A stretch of 64,000 bases of DNA from Octopus sinensis. Lineage: Eukaryota. Where the stretch lies: positions 2,170,001-2,234,000 of the forward strand of contig NC_043007.1 of the NCBI RefSeq assembly GCF_006345805.1, written 5' to 3'. The notes beneath the pieces are model-generated. The model did not search any database and was not told the origin of the DNA. It worked only from the letters and a program-made list of their open reading frames with translations. The stretch's first letter is position 1; every line of letters begins with the position of its first letter. Of the stretch, positions 37,574 to 50,300 are shown in pieces. The position numbers and the translations under genes are program-made.

Positions 37574-39280
37574 TCATTCATCATACACTCGACAAAGAAA
37601 GAGGAATTCCTGGGGTAGATCAGCGACAGATGTAAAAATACTGTGTGTGTGTAAAAATATGTGTTTACACACACATAAAGCGATTCCTGTGTTGGAGTCT
37701 ACAGTGGCCATATTGGAATATTGGTATGTGTGCCTGGTCATGCTTGTCTATATATGTGTGTGTGTGATTAATTTTCTGACCGTGTACTTACACACATATA
37801 AAGAAAGATACTGACACCAAGGCTCGAACCAGTTATCACTTGACATCATTAGGATTGTTGATGTTTTTTCTCTCAAATTGGTGGTTATCATTAACTACCG
37901 GAATTGTCCCCGCCTGCACAAGCCGGAATAACTAAAATAATCTTAGTCAATAATTAATATCATTTTTTTTCTCACCATGCAATTATTTCTAGCTAGCTAT
38001 TTAATGCTCACGGCACTGAATATACTGGTCAAATTTTAATAATATTTTAGTATTACTAATAAAATATTTAGTATTACTAATATTTTAGCATTTTATTATT
38101 TTAGATTTATTATTCTTATTTTATTATTTTATTATTATTTTATTATTTTAGTATTAATATTTTAATATTACAAATAAAATACTATGGGGTAGAAAGGGCT
38201 CCTTAGCCGTAGTGAAGGCAATCTATCTAGGGAGATAACCTTACAATAAATCACTGGGTCCGTAGCTTAGAAATACTGGGTTGACGTCCAGCGGGAACAG
38301 CTTTGTTTCATGGAGGAGGAAAGATCTTCTTTAGTACTTGGTTGTACAATGCTTTCCAATGTGTGTAGTAGTGGCGCGCACACACATTATTAGCCATTTG
38401 AAAAGACTATGAAAGTCTCGACCACGGTCGAACAATGATGATGATGTTACCTTTACTAATAAACACTCAAGTTTATCACTGCACAGGAGCACAGAAATGG
38501 CCTCTCCATCGGTTTTAATGATGAGCGTTTTAAATGTTCTCATCGCGTTATAATGTAAATAGCTGAATATTTCGCAGTCACATGTACTCTTAAGTAAGCC
38601 GTTTCCGGTATCATCAGACTGCAGTTATTGTCACAGTTGTTGTTGAACCTCGGACATCTCTGATCCAGCCTACTCATGAACTAAGGCATTCCAGCTATGA
38701 CAATCCTGTTAATTTAATTCGTCCTTAAATTTAATTCGTCCTTAATTTAATTCGTCCTCAGTCGAAAGACACCTGTTGTTATGTTTTGTTATTTTTATTG
38801 TATTTGTGTAACATTGTCCGTTTTTTCCCGTCCTTGTTTTTGTATACATTCACTGCTTTCTTGCAAGGAATCTAATGCTCTTAGCTTAGTTTTTCCTTGG
38901 GGCTGGTCAGATTGGAGCAATCTCAAGTATAATCAGCCGAAATTGCGAAGATAATCAGTAGTATATATAAAGGGTTATATCATCCCATGTTTCCTTTCTC
39001 ATCACGGCAGTAACAGCAGAGAACGATCCGGGTTGAGTCGAGGAAGATATGATTGGTATTTCTAGTTGTTTGAACGATCACATAGAGGCTTATTCGTTGT
39101 GCTTTAGTTGGTAGTTTTGAATTACCGGTAAATTTCATCCAATGAGTTTTCGCACAGTTTCTCATTATGCAGGTTTAGTCATAAATCTTGGGTAAACTGA
39201 AATCTTAGTCAAATGATATTTGCCTAAGGAATCTTGCGATGAGATCGGTTGGGAAGTTACGATCGAGAAGTAGCCATGTT

Positions 39281-40926
39281 AATCACTTAACAATGCTTGC
39301 GACTACATTGACACATACAGATACAGCGAGTTTACTCATATACTCACATAGTTATACCTACACACACATCGTACACACACACACGCATAAACACTCACAA
39401 ATGTATTCTTTATTGGGGGCCAATCAACGCCGATTGTTGGCGTCATAAGAATTTAGAAATATCGAGGTGAAATCAGTTAAGGGCACTGGATCTGCCAATT
39501 GATTTATAATATGGTATCGACGTTCTTTTGAACAATTTTCATTTTCAGAAATTCGCTCATGCGTCTTTATCCGTTGCGACGCTATCGTGGAATGAAGAAG
39601 GCACTTGATAAATTTCTTGTAGAATTGAATCCGGGAGCATATGGTGATGATGTGAACTTCTTATTCACAAGCCTGTTCCTGTGTGCACGTGTGTGTATGT
39701 GTGTGTATGTGTGTATGTATGTGTATGTGGGTGTGCGTGTGTGTGTGAAGTGCTGAAATCGGAATGCCTCTTTGTTAGCAACATGGATGACAAAATGTAA
39801 ATGTACATATGTTTGTTCTTTTTCCAGTAAATGTCTTACACTTCTTGCACTTTATATACATATATACATACATATATACATACATGCATATATATACATA
39901 CATTATATATATATACGAGCAAAATGTCCCCCGTCCAATGGACGGTGCTGAGTTGTCAAACATTTAAACCAAATTTTCTCAAAACAACTTGTCCGGACGT
40001 CCCATAGGCCTCCCCTTTGAGAAACACTGATTTAACCTAAATTTGAGACAACAGCAAAAAGAAGAAATAAAGATAGACTTATTTTCTAATCGAAAGAAAA
40101 ACCATTTTATCCACACAAATATACTTTATCGATTGCACTCTCACTTGGAATCGATTTTTGTAATTTTTTCAAGACTTATACACGCCCTGATACCGTCGTA
40201 TCTACATATCAAATCTGAGCGCAATCGGATGGAGGATGCCCGAGATCCTAGAAGACACACACACAGGCAGACAGAACGGATTTTATATAATAGATATATA
40301 TAACAATAAGTAACAATTAAAGGACATGTATGAAATCATTAAGGCAATTTCTAACGAATTTATAAATTCATAACTGAATACATTATATCATAATGTAAAA
40401 ACGTTTTCTTTAGATGAACGCGTGAACTCTACAATCAAAGACATTTAAAATAATCTAAAATATTCTAAAATCCATGGCAACATACATATTCAATGATTCT
40501 GCCACTAGTTCAGTCGCACTGTGTTGCCTTAAATTTTAGATTATTTCAACTTATGTTAAATGCCCTTGATTGTAGAGTTCACGTATTTATCTGAAGAAAA
40601 CGGCTTATTTATAATGATATAATGTCATTATTTCTTAATTAAAAAATTCATTAGAAATAGCCTTAATTATTTGACCCATGTCCTTCAATTCTTACTCATT
40701 TATTTTTAATTCACTTCTATTAGAACCTCCCCCACCACACGTATTCCGAAGTATATTATGGACTGTATATTTAATAAAATATGAATCACTTAGCTATCCT
40801 TGCGTCCACACTGACAAATACAGATACAGCGATTTTACTCATATACTTACAAACAGAGTTATACACACACATCATGTTCACGTACGCATAAACACTCAAA
40901 AATATATTCCTTATTGGGGGCCAATC
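39281..40926. repeat. Pair of ~145-bp direct repeats (39281-39426, 40784-40926)
   Basis: Both read aatcactta...tgacaMatacagatacagcgaKtttactcatatact...cgcataaacactcaMaaatRtattcYttattgggggccaatca. Confidence 0.8.
39960..40300 (+). mobile_element. Helentron/DINE-1-like element, 3' part
   Basis: aaatctgagcgcaatcggatggaggatgcccgagatcctagaagacacacacacaggcagacagaacggattttatataatagat is a DINE-1/Lep1-type 3' end. Confidence 0.5.
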
Positions 40927-41370
40927 ATCGAACTATGGCCATGCTGGAGCACAGCCACGAACGGATTTCGCCGATTAATCGGATCCCTGTAGTTTATATA
41001 AGAAATATTTCATAAACAAAGTAAGGGAGAATAACAGTGTCGACCTGGACTCAAAGGGGTTATGTTGTCGAGGGAAGTTAGAGTCTAGCATTCTAAAGAA
41101 GGATTTAGCTAAGTTCTTAATGTTAAGTGAGAATGACGGTATGTACCACAGAATAGAACGTCCGCCCCTTTTTTAAGGGGTCAGGGATTAGTGCTATCTA
41201 AGTTATTAGATAAAGGAGTGCTATCTATATTTTTGGGGAAGGTATGTGGGAGGCGAGGCCCGTTATAGCTAGTTGTTTTTGCTGTTTTCGTTTTTGACCT
41301 GGTGTTAAATGAATGTGTGTGTGGTCTATATATATATATACACATGTACGTATATATATACACATGTATA

Positions 41371-41422
<52 letters not shown>

Positions 41423-41645
41423 CGCACATATCTGTATATACATATACATATATGTGTGTGTATATGTATATATACATATATACGTATGAGTATTGTTTTA
41501 TTTGTTTGTTTGTTTTAGTCATTTGACTGCAGCCATGCTTGAGTACCGCCTTTGGACGAGCAAATCGACCCCAGGACTTATTCTTAAGTCCACCTTTTTC
41601 TAGTTTTGTCTTATTGTGCTTATTCTGCTTATCTTGTCTTATTGT

Positions 41646-41718
41646 GGTACTGATGTGTACTCTGTGACAACTCTGATTCTCAAAACAAATTGTATTTTTG
41701 TACGAAACGATGTCTAGC
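41646..41718 (+). ncRNA. Degenerate type I hammerhead-like motif (A9U)
   Basis: GGUA-CUGAUGU-GUAC[39 nt]GUAC-GAAAC-GAU-GUC-UAGC, followed by AAUAAA. Confidence 0.4.
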
Positions 41719-41817
41719 GAATTGAATAAATATTTTATCTCATATTAACATCTAATCTCCTCCACTTCTGAAAAAATTATTGAATTTGTCAAACTTCGTT
41801 CTATAACTTAAATCATA

Positions 41818-41873
<56 letters not shown>

Positions 41874-41912
41874 TACATACATATATACATATATATATAT
41901 ACATATTTACAT

Positions 41913-41966
<54 letters not shown>

Positions 41967-42807
41967 AGGTTTATGTGCATGTATGTATGCGGTTTGTATT
42001 CGGTCAAATACTCAATAAGTACAATATAGAGTTAATTTTTATTTCCCGATTGCATCTCTCGTTTCACGTATCGACCAAAGTTTCCCAATCGAATCGAGTA
42101 TTGTGTAAACCCCGTTTCTATTATTTTATTTTCATTTTTTTTTTTTTAAACCAAATATTTATAATCAGAAAAGAGCAATCAGAGGTTATAAAAAGCATTT
42201 TAAAATCCCATTAAGTTTAACACCATTAGCGAAGGAGGCCATTATTAATGTTTTTTTTCCCCGTTCCCCTTTGTTTTGTGTGATTATAAATATTTGTTCA
42301 GAAGCCAAAAACATTAGGCTTTTAATGATATTCGGCTCCTGAGGGAAGTTCTGATTTCAACTTGAAAGGGTTGATTCAGTCACAGAACCAGTATTTAAAT
42401 ATCAACAATGCTAATAACCAAGTAAGCTTAAATGTATTTTATAGACTTCTAAAAAGACGAGACTGACATCGCTTTTTTTTATCAAAAGCGTTTCAGCCAT
42501 GGCAATCCTGGTGCTTTTAGAGGTTTGTGAAACTATATATACCTATCACCCTACTTGACATGAACCTATACACTATAACCTATCAACTTACTAACATACG
42601 TATTTTGATACACATACGTATTTTGATACACATATAATTCTTGCATACACATACCTAAGCGATAAATGTACTAATTCACACAGACATTTACGCACATATA
42701 CGCGCACACACATACTTACGCACATACGCACGTGCGCATGCACATACGTAAACATAAATATGTATATATGTATATGTATGTCAAAGTATGTATATAGGTC
42801 TATCTAT

Positions 42808-42852
<45 letters not shown>

Positions 42853-43670
42853 GTGCAGTGTCCAGCAATTTCCCACCTGTGGGCTTATGTCGAACGACTG
42901 CTGTCACGTGTGGGACGTGTCGGTTTATCAGCCGAGTCTATCGTTAATATCGTCACGCCTCCTTCCTTCAAACGGGAAGGAAGAGCTATTTTTATCATAC
43001 TTGTGGCTATGGCGAAAGAATGTATCTGGTGGACGCGTCTGAAAGGATTAGAGACAAACACTTTCCTCTCTGGTCAATCTCTCATCAACTTCTTCAAGTA
43101 TCACTTGAAGAAAAAAGTGAGAGTAGAGAGGCAAGTTTTGTCTAGTGAATGTTTTTAAAAAAAGATGGGTGAATGTAGCAAGGATGGCACGTATGAATGA
43201 CGAAGCCACCTTGACTATGATTCTATGAACCGTAAAAATTAATACAGAGAGTTGCTTATTTGCAAAAAAAAAAAAAAAAAAAAAAGAAATATAACATGTG
43301 ACTTCATTGACCGAGGTTACCGTGGTCTTTTCCGTAGGCTTTTCTTTCACCACGTAAACCTCACCTGTCCCCCCCTTTACACTTCATATTGACATTTCTG
43401 TGATAACGATCCTATTGATCAATTTTTTTCCTCTCCCCTTTTTTTTTTAACCCCCCCCTTTTTTTTGTCCTCTTCTCTCCTTTTAATTACGATCCCTTTT
43501 GATCGACCCCCCTTTTTTTATTTTATTTTTATTTTATTTTATTTTTTTTTTATTTTTTTAATTTTTTAATTTTTTAATTTTTTATTTTTTTTAAACCTTC
43601 AAAAGAAAAGCTCTACTACCTTGTAATTTGTTCTATCTGTGTGCAGCCCTGTGTGGCTAATAAAGAAACA
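42853..43670 (+). mobile_element. 5'-truncated Tx1/L1-clade LINE (copy 1: ORF2 C-terminus + 3' UTR) within (TCTA)n
   Basis: VQCPAISHLWAYVERLLSRVG...MAKECIWWTRLKG; homologous to 46175-46991; ends ctaataaagaaaca then (TATC)n. Confidence 0.85.
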
Positions 43671-43711
<41 letters not shown>

Positions 43712-43963
43712 GTCTATCTATCTATCCATTCTCTTATCTCTCCCTCCTCCTCCCCCATCATCATCTATCTATCATCTCTATCTAATCTATCTATCTATCT
43801 ATCTATCCATCTATCCTCCATCCATCCATCCACCATCCATCCACATCCATCTATCTATCTATCTAATCCTTCCATCCATCCGCCCATCCCATCCATCCAT
43901 CCATCTATCTATCCATCATCCATCCGCCATCCATCTCCATCCATCCATCATCCATATCCATCC

Positions 43964-43994
<31 letters not shown>

Positions 43995-44022
43995 CATCCA
44001 TCCATCCATCCATCATCCATCC

Positions 44023-44073
<51 letters not shown>

Positions 44074-44138
44074 ATCTATCTATCTATCTATCTATCTATC
44101 CATCCATCCATCCATCCATCCATCCATCTATCTATCTA
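43671..44138. repeat. (TATC)n/(ATCC)n microsatellite between Tx1 copies
   Basis: Direct reading. Confidence 0.95.
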
Positions 44139-46888
44139 ACACCTCGTTCCTTAGAGCAGCTAGGATGCGTGCTCTAAGGAACGAAGGTGTTGGAGCCGCG
44201 AGAGAGGCCCGGGTGGCAGAGGCGCAACAGGGCAACAAAGCCACCATTCGGTCACTGGTAGATGAACAGGGGCGCGAATTGCTCGAGCCAAGTAAAAGTG
44301 TGAGGCCTTTCAGCAGCATTTTGCCCGACTGTTCGGAACGAGTGGAGGGCAAGAACGTAGGGTGGACTTCAGTGCCTACCTACATAGCTCTACCACGACT
44401 CTCGACAAGAAGGCAGGGTGCTGCGAAGGTGCCATCACGGCGGCGGAAGTGCGGGAAGCGATGGCAGAATGCTCGAGGGACAAATCACCGGGTTTGGATG
44501 GTCTACCCTACCCTACGAGCTTTACAATTGTATGCCAGACTTGTTTTGGAGATCTCTTGGCGGCGGTGTACTGCAACTGGCAGCAAAACGGGAGCATTCC
44601 TGGTTTGTGAGCCGAGGAGCCGTAACACTGCTGAAGAAAGATCTAAACAAGGGAAATGTAAAGATAACTTTAGGCCCATCACTCTGCTTAATGCAGACTT
44701 GAAAATTTTGGCCAAGGTGCTAGCCAAGAGGTTGGCGCTTGTCATCGAGAAACTGGTCGACAAGGCGCAAACATGCGCCGTGCCAGGCCGGACCATCCAT
44801 GACAACCTCCATCTGATGCGCTACATCATAGACAGGGTAGTTAACGAACCTGGCATGGTGGGGCCCTGATCAACTTGGATCAATCAAAAGCCTTTGATTA
44901 GGGTAGACCATCGATACTTGAGGCAGTCCTGAGAGCGGCTGGTTTCGGTCCCGTCTTCCGCGGCGGATAGCTGCCTTGTACAGAGGCATCCGTTCGGTAA
45001 TTCGCGTAAATGGACATCTATCGAGACCTTTCGACATTGCACGTTCGGTCCGTCAGGGATGCCCCCTCTCGGCGCTTCTATACGTATTGACTCTTGAGCC
45101 ACTACTGCGGAAGCTGGCGACTCTAAGGGGCATCCCGCGAGAATTGGGAATGCGGACGAGCGTGTCTGCATACGCGGACGACGTCACCGTCATAGTGTCT
45201 AGCCCGGAGCACATCGAGCTGGTCGGCGAGACACTGAAAACTACGAAGCGGTGACAGGAGCGAAAATCAACCGGGAAAAGTCAGTGGGCTTGCGACTAGG
45301 CACCTGGAGAAGCAAGCCCATGCCGTCCACCAGCGCCTCCTCGTGGGACGCTGGACCGACGGCCCGGTTGAGTGCTCGGGGTCTGGTTTGGTCCGGACCT
45401 CCAAGTGGAGAAGAACTGGAACGAGATACGAATAGGGTGGTCACTCTCGCCCGGCAATGGGCCGAGAGGAACTGTCCCTAAAGGTCGAGCGGAGGTGGCG
45501 AACACACGTACATCGCGTCCGTCATCTACTACCGCCTGACCGTCGTACCTTGCCCGACCCTACCATCACCAAACTACACCGCATCCTCTTTCGCTTCTTG
45601 TGGAAAGGATGCGTCCCGAGGGTCAGGAGCGATCCATTTGCTGTCAACACCCGTTAAAAGGAGGCTGGGCATGCCGGTTGATGATGCGCAGACACGCGCT
45701 GAGACTGCGACATCTCTGGCTCTATGTAGACGACGGTGAACAGGTGTGGGTCGCCGTTTGTGAGGCACGCTTTCCCGCAGCTCGTCTCCATGACCGAACT
45801 GCAGTCGGGATCAAAAAGAGCCGAGGAAGGGCGAATGGCACCGCGAGTGTCGCGTTGCTTCAAGCAACTCTGCCGTCTCCGTGGGTCGACCTTAAGTGAC
45901 TTCAACACAACCAAAGCATTCTATAGGGGTTTAGTGGAGGGGAGGTACGACGACGAGCTCGGGCGAACCTGGACGTCGACGAGAGTAGTACCTGACCCGC
46001 CTGTTCGGGGACGACTTTCGGGCCAGGCCCATGGACAACTTCCAGAGATCCCTGGCCTGGCAGTGCTACCGATAAGCGCTACCCGTTCGGGATAAGCTCT
46101 ACAGACCGGCTCGAGAAACACGGGGCCGACCTGCCCGAGATGCGGTCAGAGCGACGAACCGTTCTGCAACGCACTCGTTCATGTCCAACAATTTCCGACC
46201 TGTGGCTTATGTCGAACAACTACTGCTGTCACGTGTGGGACGAGTCGGTTTATCAGCTGAGTCTAATCGTCCATATTGTCACGCCTCCTTCCTTCAAACG
46301 GGAAGGAAGAGCTATTTTCATCATCCTGTGGCTATGGCGAAAGAATGTATCTGGTGGACGCGTCTGAAAGGATTGGAGACAAACACTTTCCTCTCCTTCT
46401 CGGTCAATCTCTCATCATCAACTTCTTCAAGTAACCACTTGAAAGGAAAGTGAGAGTAGAGAGGCAAGTTTTGTCTAGCGAATGTTTTTAAAAAAGATGG
46501 GTGAATGTAGCAAGAATGGCACGTATGAATGACGAAGCCACCTTGAGCATAGTCCTATGACCCAGAAATCGAAAACAGAGAGATGCTTATTTGCAAAAAA
46601 AAAAAAAAAAAAAAAAAAGAATATAAAATGTGACTTCATTGACCGAGGTTACCGTGGTCTTTTCCGCAGGCTTTTCTTTCCACGGGTAAACCTCACCTGT
46701 CCCCCCCTTTACACTTCATATTGACATTTCTGTGATAACGATCCTATTGATCATTTCCTCTCTGATCATTTTTTTCCTCTCCCCTTTTTTTCCTCTCCTC
46801 TCCTTTCTTTTTTCTCAACCCCCCTATTTTTTTGTCCTCTTTCTCTCCTTTTTACGATCCCTTTGATCGACCTCCCCTCTCCTCCCTT

Positions 46889-46923
<35 letters not shown>

Positions 46924-46991
46924 CCTTCAAAAGAAAAGCTCTACCTTGTAATTTGTTCTGTGTGCAGCCCTGTGTGGCTAATAAAGAAACA
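44139..46991 (+). mobile_element. 5'-truncated Tx1/L1-clade LINE (copy 2) within (TCTA)n
   Basis: RT, C-terminal Cys/His region and 3' UTR with AATAAA (46980-46985). Confidence 0.9.
44165..46560 (+). pseudogene. Tx1-type ORF2 reverse transcriptase, multiply frameshifted
   Basis: KSPGLDGLP; [23 protein letters not shown]; [14 protein letters not shown]; SVRQGCPLSALLYVLTLEPL; AYADDVTV; TGAKINREKS; zinc-knuckle-like CPRCGQ...HCP. Confidence 0.9.
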
Positions 46992-47006
46992 TATTATCTA
47001 TCTATC

Positions 47007-47135
47007 CTTTTTGGATCGAACCTCCCCTTCCCTTTTTTTTTTTTTTTTTTTTTTTTTTAATAATACCTTAAAAGAAAAGCTCTACCTGTAATTTGTTCTA
47101 TCTGTGTGCAGCCCTGTGTGGCTAATAAAGAAACA
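47007..47135 (+). mobile_element. Tx1 3'-UTR-only fragment (copy 3)
   Basis: Repeats gatcgaacctcccc...aaagaaaagctctacc...gcagccctgtgtggctaataaagaaaca; flanked by tatc repeats on both sides. Confidence 0.85.
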
Positions 47136-47207
47136 TATCTATCTATCATCCATCCATCCCTCCATCTATCTATCTATCTACTATCCATCCATCCATCCAA
47201 TCCATCC

Positions 47208-47240
<33 letters not shown>

Positions 47241-47314
47241 CTATCTATCATCTATCTATCCATCCATCTATCTATCTATCTATCTCATCTATCTATCTAT
47301 CCATCCATCCATCC

Positions 47315-47366
<52 letters not shown>

Positions 47367-47383
47367 CTATCTATCTATCTATC

Positions 47384-47415
<32 letters not shown>

Positions 47416-47430
47416 GCCATCCATCCATCC

Positions 47431-47482
<52 letters not shown>

Positions 47483-47625
47483 GTCTATCTATATCTATAT
47501 ATACACACACACAAACACATACTCAGACTCGCACATACATACATACATACATACATACACACACACAGATACCACACACACACACACATACACACACACA
47601 CACACATACACACACACACACACAA
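47136..47625. repeat. (TATC)n/(ATCC)n followed by (CA)n/(CATA)n microsatellite
   Basis: Direct reading. Confidence 0.95.
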
Positions 47626-48114
47626 GACACTTTTCAAAGAAAACAGAGGAAAGTACGTGTTACCATGATGATGTGCCATACACTAGCTCTTAAGCGGCCA
47701 AGTGGTACCGTCGCTGGAGCTGCAACAGGATTTTTTAGGTAATCTTCCTACTCACTTTGCTGTGAGTTCAAAATCCACCGAGGTCGCGTTTGCCTCGCAT
47801 CCTTTCGGAGTTGATAGATAAAGTACCCGTCCAGTGCTGGAGTCATATCATTTCTTTCTCTCTCTTTATTTCTTTCTCTCTGTCAGCGTATTTTTCTAGA
47901 GGACATTGATTGTGGTCAGGTCAAAAAGTTCTCAAACATGAAACAGATTACGTTAGCGTCCATCACGGAGTTGGGGCCCAAGGCAAAACCAACCAAAGGC
48001 CATATATTAGCAAAAGTTCAGTGATCCCATACTTTTGGGAATTAGGATAAGTGTTTGTTCTGGAGGAAATTCTGGGAATGGCTCTCCACGTTGAATAAGG
48101 CCTTAGGCACTTTT

Positions 48115-48710
48115 CAGATGGGTACGTGAGGTTGCTGCGGACTGGTCAAACGCTGGCTGGAGAGGGTTTCTGTTGGAAAGCCATATGCGTCTGCCAACAG
48201 TATTCGGCTCCTTACCATACCCCCGGAAAGAATCAGAAGTGGTTGTCGGAGAATTTCTACAACTTCACTAGCCTCCAATTTCTGACTTTCTAATTCCCTC
48301 TATTGTAAACCCAAGAATTACTACGTATGGGGCGCAGTTAAGAAGGACACCAACCGCTCATCTTACAACACTAAGGCCAAACTGGCGGCCAAGATAAAGA
48401 GCATGTTCGAAGATCTTCCCAGGGACACAATGAGGAAGGCATGTGTCAGGTTCCAGAGCGGTCATCACGGAGTTGGGGCCCAAGGCAAAACCAACCAAAG
48501 CGCCATATATTAACAAACGTTCAGGTTCCAGAGCCGTCTGGAGGCTGTGATAGAAGCTGGAGATAACCACTTTGAGCAAACTGTTATTTCTCAGACACAA
48601 TCTAGTTGCAAAAATGTAATTCTTTTAAATACTTTTATATTTGGTTGGGAAATTGTGTTTTCTTTTCTTTTCATGCAAACTGTCAAATATAACCTGAATA
48701 CCCTCCTCTG
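48115..48710 (+). mobile_element. Tc1/mariner (maT/DD37D-like) transposase 3' remnant with probable right TIR
   Basis: Reconstructed across frameshifts: DGYVRLL...QQxSAPYHT...QKWLSENFYNFTS...NS...CxPxNYYVWGAVKKDTNRSSYNTKAKL...FEDLPRDTMRKAC.RFQSRLEAVIEAGDNHFE; TIR-like aactgtcaaatataacctgaataccctc at ~48680-48707. Confidence 0.75.
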
Positions 48711-49457
48711 TATGTATATATCTAAACATCCATGTGCTCACACTTGTAAATTCTTTCCTGTTTGCTCTTTGCTAACTCATTAATATAAGGTTCGTCCGTC
48801 AACGTAACACAGTCGACAGATCAACAGTCTTTCAGATGTCAGAAATCATTAATATCGGTTATATGTCACATTGCTTCTCACAGCAGATGGATTAGCATAA
48901 ATATTGATCGAACGATCTTTAAGATTTTCTAATATGGATATCGGTGTTAAGAGAAATCTATGCTTTTATAAGCCTGTTTGTCGCCAAGAATGCTAAAACT
49001 GGATCGATTTCCTTTCTACTTCTATGGCGACGTTGTCATGATAGTCATATTAAAACGCTCATTTCTCGATTGTAAATGAAACTAATACCCCTTGATTGCA
49101 GTCATCATTGCACGGGGAACGACATGTTGAAAAAACAATGGCAGAATTTATTATTGCTATGAAAGTGGATATTTAGCCGAGCGAAGGAGTTTTAGATATC
49201 GTAGTCTGACAGTAGAAATAATAACAGTGGTTGTTGTCGTATTAATAGTAGTAGTAGTGGGACTGGTGGAAACTGGTGAAGGAGGTGGTATTTGACAATG
49301 TGGTTCGTATTGTCGTTGTTTTGTAGTGGAGGTGGTAGTGGTGGTTGTAGTGGTGGTGGTAGTGGCGTGGTGAGAGTAGTAAATACTATATCGCCGATTA
49401 TTACTTCCATCATCTTCGTTTTAATGACCGCAATAATTTACTACTACTACTACTACT

Positions 49458-49494
<37 letters not shown>

Positions 49495-49869
49495 GTACTA
49501 CTACTTATATTAGTTAATCGACAGAGTGGCAGAAACATTAGAGGCTTCGGACAAAACATGTTGAAGTGTTTAAGTCACCGAACGTTTGCGTTCTGAGTTC
49601 AAATCTTGCCAAGGTTCCTCTTTGCTTTTTTTTAATCCTTCTAAGTTTCGTTATAGTAAGAAAAAAGAAAAGAAAAAAAAGACTAAGCAAATACTGCTTC
49701 CAACCGAATCGACTGACCACTTCATCAAAATCTGAACCATGGTGTATAAATAAGACATCATCATTCTTATTATCTTATCACTTGTTTATACTCGACTAAT
49801 TAGTTTTACTCTGTAGGCTGTGACCCAGACTTTAAGACGCTGGGCAAATAATTATTGAGTCGTGAGTTT

Positions 49870-50300
49870 TACGTCGCTCCATTCTACTCAGCTGTAATGG
49901 GGACCAGTGTACTGCTGGTGCAGCCAACCCCGTCCCCATATATTCTTTTCTATTCTAGGCACAAGGCCTAAATTTTTGAGGAGGGGGCCAATCGATTAGA
50001 TCGAACCCAATATGCAACTGGTACTTAATTTATCGACTCCGAAAGGATGAAAGCCAAAGTCGACCTCAACGGAATTTGAACTGGAAACATAAAGACAGAC
50101 GAAATAGCTATTCTTTACTACCCACAAGGACAGAGAGGACAGACAAACGGATTAAGTCGATTATATTGACCCCAGTGCGTAACTGGTACTTATTTAATCG
50201 ACCCTGAAAGGATGAAAGGCAAAGTCGACCTCGGCGGAATTTGAACTCAGAACGTAACGGCAGACGAAATACCGCTAAACATTTCGCCCGGCGTGCTAAC
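49870..50300 (-). mobile_element. SINE family B (2 units) plus the same ~90-bp 3' extension as at 35775-35845
   Basis: Reverse complement colinear with ~35395-35845. Confidence 0.85.

Noticed and set aside
38600-38620. CUGAUGA-UACCG-GAAAC on the minus strand
   Set aside because: Stem II is too short and unpaired; no NUH arm.
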